A stretch of DNA of 63,452 nucleotides, the filler included, from Stramenopiles sp. TOSAG23-3 (lineage: Eukaryota): the NCBI GenBank assembly GCA_900128585.1. It is 4 parts of 4 records of this genome, joined end to end, with 100 filler letters (N's around TTAATTAATTAA, not from the genome) between each part and the next. Parts side by side here need not be neighbours in the genome. Positions count along the whole stretch, not along the records: positions 1 to 29,528 come from LT642237.1; 3 more parts are not named here. One strand, 5' to 3'. Position 1 is the first letter of the stretch, and each line of letters opens with the position of its first letter. A program made the translations under genes and the position numbers. Positions 10,178 through 21,766 of the stretch are shown here, one piece after another. The notes beneath the pieces are model-generated. The model made no database searches, was not told the origin of the DNA, and was given only the letters and a program-made list of their open reading frames with translations.

Positions 10178-11524
10178 CTAGTAAACCGAATATTTTTTCC
10201 TCGCCAATTTGATGGGAAGGATAAAGTCTACAACTGCACTTTCCACGTTATCCCTATTCTTCTTTCTGTTCTGCTTCTTCTTGTCCTTTTTTGCGTGCCC
10301 TAATTCATTCATGATGGCATCCGCGTCCGTATAGGCAGAACAGTTTTCAAACTCAGAAGTGGCCCGTTGAGCCAAAGATCGCCTCAAGGTCTGGGTGGTC
10401 TGTTTGTAGTATGTGTAGATTAATTGGCGGTAGCTCAGTTCATGGTCACCGATTTTCTTGTACGACCCGACTCCAGAAAAGAGCCCAGTGCCGTTGTTCT
10501 GTTGCTTGCTTTTATCATCTGCTTCTTCAGGGACGGTGCAACTCGCTCGCGTTATGTCCCAAGTGTTCATTTCGCAGCACCAGTTGTCTGGCAATGCCTC
10601 GACATCGATGCCAAAGCCTACTTTACGCCATTTATTGCACTTGGTGCATTCAATCCACTTTACTATTGCCCGTGGGGGTTCCTCGGCCTGGCTCTGGATA
10701 TTTTGAGTCTGCTCACGCTGCTGCTGTTTATCTTTCGCGATTTTTTTCTCTTCGTTTACCAGCTCGTACGACACGCCCCCCGTGTCCCCGGCGCCATTGT
10801 TCCGATAGTTTACTTGTTTCTTGTTTCGTGCCGTCGTTCTAATCGGGCCGTCAAACCGTGACTCTTTTTTTGCACGCTTTCTCGGCGGCTCGCCAGAGCC
10901 GTCGCTTCCCGAGGCAAACAGATTTTTTTTTCCACGTTCATTTACACTAGCCTTGCCCTTTTTTGATTTCTGATTGCTATGTTTCTCCCGCGCATTGTGT
11001 TGCGACAGGTTGTGGTTGGAATTCTTAGGCGGGCGGCCCCTGCCTCGTTTTTCTACTGGGGCACTACCCTCCGGTGCAGCCCCCTTTGCCTTCCTAGGGG
11101 ATGCAACACTTGCAATTTTCCCGGCTTTTCTTTCGCGAGGACCTAGGTTGCTTGATAAATTCTTCGGCGTAGGAGGTTTTTGCTTCAGCCTGGGCGAAGA
11201 TTTATGTTTCACTGCATTGGCAGCCGCCGCAGTGGCTTTCTTTTCCACGGTGGGCCGAGGTGTACTATCGTCTGCTTTTCGCTTGTTATTGGGTTGTTTT
11301 TGAGACGCAATCCCCCCGCTCCCTTTCGACTGAGAAGAGCTACTATCCTTTTTCTCCTTCAATTGCTTTTTAGACGAGGCAGGGGCGGATGAAACGGGTT
11401 GCTGCGAACGGTCTTGGCTTGCTTTGCCTTTCTTCCCCCCCGCGGCTTCTGCCTGCTTCCGCTCCTTCTCTGCCCGCTCAGCCTCTAACCGACTGAGCCG
11501 TAAAATTTGCCGCAGAGTTGCCAT
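10178..11524 (-). CDS. CW-type zinc finger protein with AT-hook (putative chromatin reader)
   Basis: WIECTKCNKWRKV...LPDNWCCEMNTWD...ASCTVPEE (zf-CW); KRGRGRPPK (AT-hook); Lys/Ser-rich disordered N-terminal half. Confidence 0.8.
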   Translation of the reverse strand: MATLRQILRLSRLEAERAEKERKQAEAAGGKKGKASQDRSQQPVSSAPASSKKQLKEKKDSSSSQSKGSGGIASQKQPNNKRKADDSTPRPTVEKKATAAAANAVKHKSSPRLKQKPPTPKNLSSNLGPRERKAGKIASVASPRKAKGAAPEGSAPVEKRGRGRPPKNSNHNLSQHNAREKHSNQKSKKGKASVNERGKKNLFASGSDGSGEPPRKRAKKESRFDGPIRTTARNKKQVNYRNNGAGDTGGVSYELVNEEKKIAKDKQQQREQTQNIQSQAEEPPRAIVKWIECTKCNKWRKVGFGIDVEALPDNWCCEMNTWDITRASCTVPEEADDKSKQQNNGTGLFSGVGSYKKIGDHELSYRQLIYTYYKQTTQTLRRSLAQRATSEFENCSAYTDADAIMNELGHAKKDKKKQNRKKNRDNVESAVVDFILPIKLARKKYSVY

Positions 11525-12206
11525 TATCGCTTGTCTTCACGAATACAAAAAAAAGTAAACTTCCCTAACAGCTACTTCTCCCTAATATGAAATTCCTGAT
11601 AACATGCTCGTATTTATTGAACCGTTTGCTGTCGCGTTACTTCTTCTGTTATGCTTTTTAGATGTTATAATAAATAATATCAATTAAGAAGAAGAAAATT
11701 AAATTATTATTTTAATAATAATAATAATAAAAATTATTAAAAATAATAATAATAATAAAAAATAATAAATAATTAATAAAAAAAATACGTCGACGAAGAA
11801 TAATACTACTGTAAAATATGATTTATATTTATTCTTCTTCTTCTCTTCTTCTTCTTCTAATTATTCCATTTTTTTTTTTTTGATTATTTTCACTTTTTAA
11901 CAGCAATTTAGCATCGATTATTATCGTTAGCATTAGCAGACCATAAGATTTATAGTTAATGCTGGGTGCGGCCGTCCCTCTCCTTCCTTGTCCCTTCCCC
12001 ACTTTTTTGATATACTTCTGTACTACTGAGAAAATCCCGAAAGTAATAAATTTTAAATTCCAATGATAAGTAGATGTATTACAAGGCGCTACTACTCGTA
12101 TATTAATTAGTCGAAATTACTATTTTATAAACGACGATGTTTGAAAAAGATGATACAACTGTTTAGGATAATCATGAGTTCCTGTTTCAAAAGGAAAGAA
12201 AAATAA

Positions 12207-13572
12207 TTACTTGTAAAAATCGAATTCTGTAAAAGTGTGAGAGAGGGTGAGAAATAGTTTTGTTAGAATAGTTCGTGTCGAAAGGGCGTGAGCTAGGATT
12301 AGAAGAGATTCGAGGGAGGGGAGGAGGGGTGTGGGCAGCAATGCACTTACCGGTGTCGCTTCTCTTCACGTGTTTGGTGTATCCATTTTCAAAGTCTTTC
12401 GGGATTATAATGTAGCGGTTTTTACGAACTGCTTGAAGCCCGGCTTCGGCACAGATGGCTGAAATTTCTGCCGCGGAAACTTTTTCTGGTCTTGAGACGT
12501 AGTCTTCCAAATCAACATCGTCACTCAAGTTCATCTTTGATGTACAGGCTGCAAAAATGAGTCTCTTTTGCCGACGGTCGGGAAGAGGAAACTCAATCTT
12601 TCGGTCTAGACGTCCAGGTCTCATCAAGGCTGGGTCGAGGGTGTCTTGCCGGTTCGTCGCCATTATCACCTTCACGTTCGTGGATTGGTCGAACCCATCC
12701 ATCTGGTTCAAAAGCTCCAAAAGAATTCGCTGGACCTCGCGGTCGGCCCCAGTCTGGGAATCGAATCGTTTTGTTCCTATAGCATCGATCTCGTCGATGA
12801 ATATGATCGACGGAGAGTTTTCCCTCGCCAAACGAAAAACATCTCGGACCATCCTCGGCCCTTCCCCCAGGTACTTTTGGACGAATTCTGAACCAACGAC
12901 TCTTATAAAAGACGCGTTCGTATTGTTCGCAACGGCCTTCGCAAGCATCGTCTTCCCCGTCCCCGGTGGCCCGTACATTAACACACCGCGCGGGGGGTCG
13001 ATACCAATCTGCTTGTACAGGTCAAAATGCGTCAGCGGGAGCTCGACGGCCTCCCTCATTTCCTGCTTCTGCATATCAAGGCCGCCAATATCTGCGTAGG
13101 TGACGTCCGGTTTCTCTTCCATCTGCATCATTTGGATGGTGCTGTCGGCCTCTGGGGGCAAAATGTCCACAATGGAGTGACTATAGCGATGAAGCGCAAC
13201 GGAGCTGTTCGGTTTTAGAAGCTCGCGATCAAGGGTCGAAAGCACCCGGACATAATAAGTGTTCCCAGCAGTGCTAGTAACAATGCCGTGGTTTTCGTCG
13301 ATCATTTCGTTGAACTGTCCGATCACCAGTGGAACCGCTTTGATCCGTTTGACCTCCTCCTTCGCACGAACCATTTCTCGTTTCAGGTTTTTCATTTCGT
13401 CCTTCACATAGTCCGTTTTTATGTCAAGGAATTCTAGTTTTTTCTGAAGCCTCTTCAGCTCCGTGTAAAGGTCTTGTTCCGACGGCCCGTTCGAACTGCC
13501 ATCCGCAAGGGTCACGCCCTGCATTTTTTGGTCCAGCGAGGATATAGGTGCTTCAGCAACGGCAACAGACAT
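12207..13572 (-). CDS. RPT3: 26S proteasome AAA-ATPase regulatory subunit 6B; exons 13572-12351 and 12226-12207
   Basis: GPPGTGKT Walker A, IIFIDEID Walker [39 protein letters not shown]. Splicing a GTAAGT...TTTTACAG intron (12350-12227) restores the expected C-terminus SDTEFDFYK*. Confidence 0.95.
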
Positions 13573-15198
13573 GGTTCAATACTCTAACGTTGATCAAGAT
13601 TTAAAATATTGAAACGCGGGTAAATAATGAATCGACAATGCTTCTTTTCAGTCGTTTCTAAATTGAATCCATTTTTTATCGTCTCCACGTACAACATACG
13701 TTTCATTTACGTATGTGCGTGAGTAGAAAGAGAGAAAGACAGATGAATTGCTGAGAGCTACCGACCGAAGAAGAAGGAAGAAAAGAAGTGAGAACAAAAT
13801 TCTGAAAACTACGCCCCTCCCTCCCTCCCTCTATGATGTGGTGATGTTAAGTAATTATTTATAATTAGAAGAAGGAAGGGATGATTATTAGAGTCTACAG
13901 CTATATAGCACTTATTCCATTGTTTCTTCTTGTTTGATGATAGATACTTCTTCGTCTTAATACAACAGGAGCGTAGCATAGCGGTGGTGGTTGAATTTTT
14001 TTTGTTTTGATATTATTTTTTTTATATCTTAATCTCCTTGCTATGATTATATATAAATTATTATTAAATTACATATTTATTGTTGATTTTCATTTAAAAA
14101 TAAAATCTGTCTGTGTTACACAGTGGTATAATAGTATTAATATTTTATAGTACAAAAGGAGAGGGACGGACGGACGGACGGGGCAATCCTTTCCAATATT
14201 AAAAAATTAATGTTTTTAATTCTATGCTGTACCGTGTACTAGTTTTTTAAAAAATGTTCTTAATTCCTTCATCAAAATACAGTATTGTAATACATAGGAA
14301 GAAAATTATTCAAGTATAAATTAGAAAACGGGAGTGTTTGAATTTCTTTTGGTCGATTTACAAAATACTGTATGTATTTGACGTTAAATATTAAGAAGTA
14401 GTATTCCATAAGTACATATTAATTGTAATCTAATTTGTTAGTTACCTATTGTACAGCACATACAGAGCTCTTGGAATGAACTTGTTTTTCTACTGGCTAC
14501 CTCCTCTGTATAATATAACATTGAAAGTAAAGTGAGTCACGTTTCGTCACTACTTCAAAATTATACGAAAAAGCGACAGACGAAAATGAAGCAATGAAAT
14601 AAAAAGGGCCAATTCCTCCTTGTACTATTTATCATTAATATTATACTAATTAAACATAGGTATGTTGGGTGGGTTGGTTCCTTCCATTACAATGGCATCA
14701 TCCTAATATATAGCTATTCTGATAGAACGATAGGACGATAGAACTGACTAAAACCTCCTTTCTTCTTTCTATCTTTCTCGCAAGGAGACTACTAGAAGAA
14801 GAATACAATTACACAAGGTTCAATAATCGATCCGATCCGACGATGGATGATCGATGATGATCATATTTATTACCATTCTGTGATTGTGATTTTGTTGTAC
14901 CAGTATGATGTGATAAATAAATAAATAAATAAAAATAAATATAATAAATTAGTAGTAAATAAAAAACTACCAAGTGTTGTGGTTAGGCAGGTACGGTACG
15001 GTAGGGGGTGTACGGTGGTGGTGATGGTGGTGGCGTGAGGAGTTAAGTGTATACTTTATAGTAAAGTGAATGAAGAAGGAAGACATTCATTGTGGAGAGT
15101 TATTTGTAAAAAGAAGTCTGTGATTTATTTAGTTTCATCCATATTCGCACCTTTCCTGCTTTCTTATCTCCTCGGCAGTTTTCCGTGCTTGTACAAGA

Positions 15199-18100
15199 AT
15201 GGATTTTTTGAAGAATTTCTGGTCTCCCACCAATGCGCAGCAGTCGCGGAGTTCCCAGCGCGGTGACTTTGGTGCGTCAAGCGAAGTGCAAAATTTTTCT
15301 GCTGAGGCGGGGGGGGGGTTGAACAATAGATTTTCTGGTTCGTCCGGGGTCACAGTGTCCCCGGGGCCGTCGCCAAGGCTCCGCCCTCGCCTACCAAGCC
15401 GTGGTGCCCCGCCGCCACGGTACCGCAACTTGTCCGGAAGTGCTTGTGGAATGACGTACGAGGAGCTCGAGGAACACGTTGGCGCCCTCGGTGTGTCCCG
15501 GCACACGTTTCAGGGGCACTTGGCGCATATTTTGAGAAAGTTGATGGACCACGCGGAAAATAGAGGAGTCTTCAACAAGCCTGTGAAAATACCAGGGTAT
15601 CATAAGGTAGTCGGCCAGCCGATGGATTTGCAGAGCGTGCGCGCCAAGTTAATATCAGGCGCCTACTCATCCGTCCAGGATTTTTCCGCTGACGTAACGC
15701 TTGTGTTTGACAATGCTATCCTGTACAATCCTGTAAATCATCCTATCCATAGAAGTGCCACAATTTTGAAAAGTCTGGTCTCAAGTTTTATTTTCTCATC
15801 CTTGGAGAAAATGGAAATGGAGGCAAAAAACCCAATGCTCCAAGTGCTGCCGTCGAGGAGCCAGCAAAAGTCGTCCAAGAAAACAGGGAAAAGTGGTGGC
15901 AAGTCGAAAGGCAGCGCGAGGCCAAGAGGGCCGGAGGTATCACGCTCAAAGCCGGGCAATGCCTTTGCTCCCGATGCCTTGAAACACCAATGGAGTGCGG
16001 CGGGTGGCGAGAGACAGCGCGCCGAGTCGACCCGGCCGTCCAACGCCCGTTCCACGAGCTCGCTGCCCATTGATTTTGGGAACAGGCAGTACACGTGTGC
16101 ATTGTGCAAATCGGGAGACTTGGTGCTCTCCATTCCAGTCTTGCGCTGCGGCGCACCGTGCAATGCCAAAATACAGAGGGGGGCGCGCTATTTTATCGCG
16201 TCGAAAGCATCGTCCGAAGGGCTCGCGCAGCACTGGTGCAACAAGTGCTACAACGCCCTGCCTGTGGAGTTCAACGCCCTGTACGGCGAAGTTATGAAAA
16301 AATCGGATTTGATCCAGTGCACCAATGATGAAGTGTTTTTGGAAAAATGGATCCAGTGCGGGAACCGGAAAATCGTCACCGGCCCAGCCGGTGAAAGGCG
16401 CTGCACTCGCGTCATGCACATGGCCTGTGCGCTATACATGCCGACCACGCTTATCCCGCTGCGGCCTCCGTACGTAGGTTTGGGGTGGACCGCAAACAAT
16501 CCGAAAAACGAGCCCCGAGTGGACTGCGACAAAAGGTTCAAATGCCCCAACTGTTTCCTAAGCGACGGGGAGAACCAATGGGAGACCTTTGCACTGGATG
16601 CCCCAAAATTCAACAGGAACGTTTGCAAAACGCACAGCAAAGGGGAAGGAAAAATAGCAAACGCCCCAGTATCCCCAAGCAACGTTAATTCGTGGCATGT
16701 CGCTTACTCTCCATCTCACGATTATTCTGCAGCGGCGCTTCCAGAGTCGTCGTTGAGCAAGCGGATCGAAAGGCGGCTCCGGAGGCGCATATTTTCTGAA
16801 GCGATAAAGGGGGACTCCATTGGCCGTGAGATAGCGGCGGACTTTCTCTCAGGCGTAAAGGTTAGGGCGCTGGCCGGCGAATTCAGAGACTTGAATCGGT
16901 GGCCGCGACTTAAGCGGTGGGTAACCGCCCAACGAAAAGTATATGCTGCTCGCGCCGCAGTCAAGTTTCCGTACCGTCCTGTCGCGGTGTTCCTGTTTCA
17001 ACGAATTGCGGGCACTGACGTTTGCTTGTTCGCCATGTACGTGCACGAATATGGTGTCGACGGAAATTCCCCAAACTCGAAGAAGTCCTACATATCTTAC
17101 CTTGATTCAACCAACTACATGCAGCCCAGCATATTCAGGACCCCAACATACCACGAGATAATGCTGGGGTACCTAGAAGATGCCAAACAGCGAGGGTACG
17201 AATCCGTTTACATATGGGCATGTCCGCCCCCACCAAGAGCTGGGGACTCGTACATCCTAAACTGCCACCCGAAGTACCAGCGTACCCCAAACACCGAACG
17301 GCTTGTCAAATGGTATAAAACGATTGAGGCGAAGGCGATCGAGGAGGGTTTGGTGGTACACTCGGAAGACATCACAGCTGCACATTTCTACGGTCATCGT
17401 GCTTTTCGCCAAACCCGAGGGTCTGCGCACTCGTCGCGACGAAAAGCTGGTGGGAATTCGAAAGCTTCTGCTGCCGATAAGTCCAACACTGTTCAGAGCG
17501 CGCCAGAATGGGGTAAGGCTGGATGCCCTTCGAACTTGGCTGATCTGCCCTATTTTACCGGCGATTTTTGGCTCAGCGAGGCGGAAAGTATTTTAAGGGA
17601 GTTGGAAGGTTTTTCAGAAATGGTCGACGATCCAGACGAGGGAATGCGTCTGTGGTGGCAAGAATTGACGAGACAGAACTTTCAGGGCGGTGCATCCAAG
17701 AAAGACAAACGAAAGAGGGACAACAGCAGTGCAGGAGGATCGAAGGCATACCCAACGGTTGCGGGGAAGAAAAAATCAAAGTTTTCAAGGATATTAAGCG
17801 CCAACATCCCAAAAACGCCAAAGAATGAGGTTGGGACTAAACGAAAAAGTGTCAAGGTCAAGGTCAAGATGATGCAAACGGACATTCGCTTAATCTTGCA
17901 GCGCCGCGAGGGAGAACGGGCGAGGTGGTTGGAGACTGTAAGAAAAAGCAAACTGCCTACTCCCAAGAAGCCGCCCCCGGTACCTACCGCCAGAGAACGA
18001 GAATCGTGGATTATGTCTCGGCTGGCAGCCCGAATTAGTCCTATGAAAGAGCACCACTTGGTTTGGCACCTAAAGCACAAATGTTTTGGGTGCTTGCGGT

Positions 18101-18546
18101 ACATTTCTGACAATGAAGTGCGTTATCTGTACGATTCTATTCCTCCTGTATCAAAAGAAAGCCAAACATTGTGCTCCGAATGCCACAGCAAATCCTTGGA
18201 CAAGGGCAAATTGTTTATGTTTCGTTTCAACAAGGTTAGGAAGAGGAAAGGTATCAACTTTACCGTAAAGAAAATCGTACCAGAAGCCGACAACGCAAAA
18301 AAAGGCAGTGCGCAAAACAGTTACGGCACTTTTCTACCAACCGTTTCTCGTAATAGCATATTCGATACCCGTATGGCTTTATTAGCTTATTTGCAGCGCA
18401 TGAGCTTTCAATTCGATCAGCTGCGGCGAGCAAAGCACTCGTCTATGATGATTTTATATCATATGCACACGGCGATGGGGAAGTCTGGAAAAAAATCTGC
18501 GCCGGATCAAGGGGGTTTGTCCTTGTCGGACCAAGTCTATCAGTGA
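15199..18546 (+). CDS. CBP/p300-type (KAT11) histone acetyltransferase with bromodomain and zinc fingers
   Basis: Bromodomain (PGYHKVVGQPMDL...DVTLVFDNAILYN), Cys-rich RING/PHD region, HAT motifs YISYLDS, RTPTYHEI, IWACPP, LPYFTGDFW, FDQLRRAKHSSMMILYH. Confidence 0.9.
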   Translation: MDFLKNFWSPTNAQQSRSSQRGDFGASSEVQNFSAEAGGGLNNRFSGSSGVTVSPGPSPRLRPRLPSRGAPPPRYRNLSGSACGMTYEELEEHVGALGVSRHTFQGHLAHILRKLMDHAENRGVFNKPVKIPGYHKVVGQPMDLQSVRAKLISGAYSSVQDFSADVTLVFDNAILYNPVNHPIHRSATILKSLVSSFIFSSLEKMEMEAKNPMLQVLPSRSQQKSSKKTGKSGGKSKGSARPRGPEVSRSKPGNAFAPDALKHQWSAAGGERQRAESTRPSNARSTSSLPIDFGNRQYTCALCKSGDLVLSIPVLRCGAPCNAKIQRGARYFIASKASSEGLAQHWCNKCYNALPVEFNALYGEVMKKSDLIQCTNDEVFLEKWIQCGNRKIVTGPAGERRCTRVMHMACALYMPTTLIPLRPPYVGLGWTANNPKNEPRVDCDKRFKCPNCFLSDGENQWETFALDAPKFNRNVCKTHSKGEGKIANAPVSPSNVNSWHVAYSPSHDYSAAALPESSLSKRIERRLRRRIFSEAIKGDSIGREIAADFLSGVKVRALAGEFRDLNRWPRLKRWVTAQRKVYAARAAVKFPYRPVAVFLFQRIAGTDVCLFAMYVHEYGVDGNSPNSKKSYISYLDSTNYMQPSIFRTPTYHEIMLGYLEDAKQRGYESVYIWACPPPPRAGDSYILNCHPKYQRTPNTERLVKWYKTIEAKAIEEGLVVHSEDITAAHFYGHRAFRQTRGSAHSSRRKAGGNSKASAADKSNTVQSAPEWGKAGCPSNLADLPYFTGDFWLSEAESILRELEGFSEMVDDPDEGMRLWWQELTRQNFQGGASKKDKRKRDNSSAGGSKAYPTVAGKKKSKFSRILSANIPKTPKNEVGTKRKSVKVKVKMMQTDIRLILQRREGERARWLETVRKSKLPTPKKPPPVPTARERESWIMSRLAARISPMKEHHLVWHLKHKCFGCLRYISDNEVRYLYDSIPPVSKESQTLCSECHSKSLDKGKLFMFRFNKVRKRKGINFTVKKIVPEADNAKKGSAQNSYGTFLPTVSRNSIFDTRMALLAYLQRMSFQFDQLRRAKHSSMMILYHMHTAMGKSGKKSAPDQGGLSLSDQVYQ

Positions 18547-18744
18547 AGATTGAGACTCTAAATTCAAATCTCGTTGCACCGACCTGTGCCATTATGCCTC
18601 AAGAATAGAACAAATTTGTGGATTGTTTGCTACGAGTTCCAGATGTAAGTTTGCATTGGAACATCAAAAAATAATCTCTTAAAATCTAATTTGGAAATTA
18701 TATCATCCCCTCGGTGATTGACAACCAACAACGAAACAAAATTT

Positions 18745-18788
18745 TAGAATCGAGTTAGGGTTAGGGTATGATGAAGCTAAATTTAATT
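18745..18788 (+). repeat. Short fragment of the retroelement 3'-UTR variant containing TTAGGG-like units
   Basis: AGAATCGAGTTAGGGTTAGGGTATGATGAAGCTAAATTTAATT closely matches 42630-42672 (AGAATCAAGTTAGGATTAGGGTACGACGAAGCTAAATTTAATT). Confidence 0.65.
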
Positions 18789-19011
18789 TTGTAAATAAAA
18801 TGTGCGGTGCGGAGTGATGCTTCGTATTCCTGGACGCGTCCACGGTGAGAAGACGTGAAGATCCTGTGATACCAAGCTTGAACGTTACGCCTAAAGTTTT
18901 TCATGTCTCCCCTGGCGGCATGTGAGTGCATAGAAGGAGTACCTGGGGACATAATAATACGCACGGGCTTTGGTTTCTTTACATGTATCATACATTTGCT
19001 GCAAAAGTAAA

Positions 19012-20196
19012 ATGGCATCTTTAACCAATGTAACCAATGAACTAACCAATGAAAGTCTCACTGCGAAGACGGTGGAGTTGAATACGGCCAAAGCTGAATT
19101 GGAAAAGGCAGAGCTCGCTTTGAGAGAAGCTGTAGAAGCGGTGAAGAAGGCGGAGATGGATATCGAAAGTGCAAAAGAAATTGTCACAGCTAAACAAAAA
19201 GCATTGGATGAGGAAGTTGCCGAGGCTGAGCGAGCACGTAGTGCAAAAGAAGATTTCGTGTCGTCTCTTTGCCCTTATGGGACCCCGCACGGAGCACCTC
19301 TGCCTGGTAGCGGCGAACATGATTTCAGAAATCTTGAAAATGCGATTGCCCATGGAATTAAACTTGGTCATAAACCAGTGATTGACTTTAAATTTATTGA
19401 AATAATTGAAGACAAAGTTTGGTTCTACCGAGAAGGCGAACAAATGTATCCTAACGGGGACATGTTTCAAATAGTGACCATTGCAACGGAGCGTATGCGC
19501 ATGGCACAAGAAGATTACTTACGAGTCCCTGCATCTGGAGAAAAACATGGCATTTCCTTGGCTGGTAGCGGTGTACATGCTGTTAACAATATTGAAGAAG
19601 CGGTCGCTCACGGGTTAAAACTTGGCTACACACCAGAGACGACTTACGAATACGTAGATATTGTCGATGGAATGGCATGGTTTTACGCAAAAGGGAATGA
19701 TAATGGCTGCGGAGGGAAAAACTTATGCCGAGTCGTGAAGAAGGCTTTTATTTGGAAACAAAAATCTGGTTCAGATTGTGGTAAGCAATTACCGGGTTGC
19801 AGTGGTGAAAACTCGTTTAATAATGTGAAAGATGCCATTGTGCATGCAACAAAATGTGGATATATACCTGGGGTGGACCTATGTAAGGTTCAACTTGTTT
19901 CCGGAAAATGGTATTTCTATGGTCCTGGCAGTGCCTCGGGTAAAGGAGGTGATAATGTTTACCAGGTCTTTCGAACAGATTTCAAAGTAGCTCATACACC
20001 TGGCGAAATACTAGGAAAAATTTTCCGAGTTGGCGATGGATATGAAAGTACCGCAGCTGCTGTTGCCGATTCGATGAAATTGGGCAACAAACCAGGGGTT
20101 GACTATAAATATGTTCAAATGGTCGATCGCAAAGCTTACTTTTACTTGCCTGGTACTGAGTCTGGCAGGGGGGGGGCAAAGTGTGTACCGTATTGA
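19012..20196 (+). CDS. Hypothetical protein: N-terminal coiled coil plus four ~65-80 aa repeats
   Basis: Long ORF with ATG at 19012; AEK-rich heptads, then four repeats of consensus G-x-x-L...A(I/V)AH(G)xKLGxxPxxD(Y/F)xx(V/I)x(I/L)VxGKx(W/Y)FYxxG. Confidence 0.75.
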   Translation: MASLTNVTNELTNESLTAKTVELNTAKAELEKAELALREAVEAVKKAEMDIESAKEIVTAKQKALDEEVAEAERARSAKEDFVSSLCPYGTPHGAPLPGSGEHDFRNLENAIAHGIKLGHKPVIDFKFIEIIEDKVWFYREGEQMYPNGDMFQIVTIATERMRMAQEDYLRVPASGEKHGISLAGSGVHAVNNIEEAVAHGLKLGYTPETTYEYVDIVDGMAWFYAKGNDNGCGGKNLCRVVKKAFIWKQKSGSDCGKQLPGCSGENSFNNVKDAIVHATKCGYIPGVDLCKVQLVSGKWYFYGPGSASGKGGDNVYQVFRTDFKVAHTPGEILGKIFRVGDGYESTAAAVADSMKLGNKPGVDYKYVQMVDRKAYFYLPGTESGRGGAKCVPY

Positions 20197-20503
20197 TGAA
20201 ATCACAGATAAAAGTGATATTGACCCTGGTTGCACTGTTTCGTAATTTCGCCCCCCGTGCTCGTCTCTCGGTGACCACCCTCGTTTTCGTTTTTCATACG
20301 TATTTTATGAAATGTAGCTTTAAGTTTTAAAATTACGGTGTATGATATTAAAGAAAGAGAGGATTGTTGAGGATTTGTTAAGAATTGCGGAATAGGAGAG
20401 GTCCATAAATTAAGTGCTCGTATACAACCTTTGTGCACGTATATCTCTTCTTACGAGTACTAAGAGGGTCTTGAAATATTTTTGTTAGCACTTCTTACAA
20501 AAA

Positions 20504-21766
20504 TTAAACCGGTACGCTTTTACCAGCGGGTAAAATATTTGACTCCCACTTTGCATACTTCGAGGTACCAGTGTTCATCCCCGGGCGATGGGGGGTGGCC
20601 GCCAATAATTCTGCAGACGAGGAAACTCTTAGCCCTCGACCAGCCCGGTGATACAATTCCTCATTCTTTCCGCGACAAAACTGTACCTCTGACTGCCCTT
20701 TATTCAGCCGATCTTCTAGCAAGGTAGTGAGTTCGTTCAGTGCTAATGAAACATCCCTCACGTCCTCGCTTTTCTCCGTATCAAAAAACTCCTCCTCCAA
20801 AGCTGCAGTATACTCTCGCGTATTGCTGGAGCCTGGTTGGTGCCCTACCGTGTTACTACCTGAAGACTTCTGTGCCTTTTGCAACAACTCTACCCTAGCG
20901 CTTTCCTGTTCCTCCAACTTTGCTGTCATTTCAATCTCGGAGGCTTTCTTCATTTGTTCGTACATACGCTGGTAAAATCGGACCCGCTTAGTGGTCTCGT
21001 TCGACATCTCGACAGAAGAGCTTAATTCCCTGGTCAGATACTTGTTCTTCTTCGTTAAGCGCTTGTTGTTGTGCAACAGTTGGGTCACTCTATGCGAAAG
21101 GTATTGCAGCTCGGTAGTCATCCTGGAATTTTCTGTTATAGTTGTCCTGGTGGTAGCGTCTAGCATGTGCTCTAGCTTCGCTTCCATTTCCTCTCTCACC
21201 ACCTGTACATCCTTCCGCCTTCGCCTTTCCCCGTTCTCCATTGTATCTTGAACTTTTTGTTCAAGGGCTTGCTGTTTTTCCAAGCTGTCCTGCGTCTGCT
21301 GCCGTAACTGCTCCTTTAAGTCAGCAATGGTGGCTTCGAATTCCTGTTTCAAAAGTTCGTATTCCTCAAGGTTGGCTAATTTAGCTTCAAGATTGGAAAT
21401 AGCATCCGCCGATTTTAACGATTCTGCGGAACGCTCCAATTGCATTCGATCTACAGTTTTTCTATTGTCCTGAACGGTCCTCTCGTGCACGTTGCGAAGT
21501 GTTTCGAGTTCCGATTTTAAGTCTTTTGCCTCCTCCTGTGCCAGTCCTAATTCCCTTTTCAGGTGACCGTTGCTCCCTTCTAACTCATCCTTTTCGGCCT
21601 CCATCACCTTTAACTTCTCCCTTAATTTCAGTATAGCATCTCTATTTCCTACGAAACTATTCTGCGTTTTATTCTGCTGTTTGTCACGGTTTAGCCCACC
21701 CGCAATGGACAAAAACTTCGCTTTGTCCTGCGACGAGAGTTCACTAAGGTAGAAATTAGTAGCCAT
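20504..21766 (-). CDS. Coiled-coil protein, CFAP157-like (cilia/flagella-associated)
   Basis: Long coiled coil; LDATTRTTITENSRMTTELQYLS...LLHNNKRL resembles the conserved CFAP157 segment as I recall it; ATG at 21766. Confidence 0.6.
   Translation of the reverse strand: MATNFYLSELSSQDKAKFLSIAGGLNRDKQQNKTQNSFVGNRDAILKLREKLKVMEAEKDELEGSNGHLKRELGLAQEEAKDLKSELETLRNVHERTVQDNRKTVDRMQLERSAESLKSADAISNLEAKLANLEEYELLKQEFEATIADLKEQLRQQTQDSLEKQQALEQKVQDTMENGERRRRKDVQVVREEMEAKLEHMLDATTRTTITENSRMTTELQYLSHRVTQLLHNNKRLTKKNKYLTRELSSSVEMSNETTKRVRFYQRMYEQMKKASEIEMTAKLEEQESARVELLQKAQKSSGSNTVGHQPGSSNTREYTAALEEEFFDTEKSEDVRDVSLALNELTTLLEDRLNKGQSEVQFCRGKNEELYHRAGRGLRVSSSAELLAATPHRPGMNTGTSKYAKWESNILPAGKSVPV

Noticed and set aside
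12187-12350. Apparent unusual C-terminal extension of RPT3
   Set aside because: Read-through of a GT-AG intron; splicing gives the normal ...EFDFYK end.
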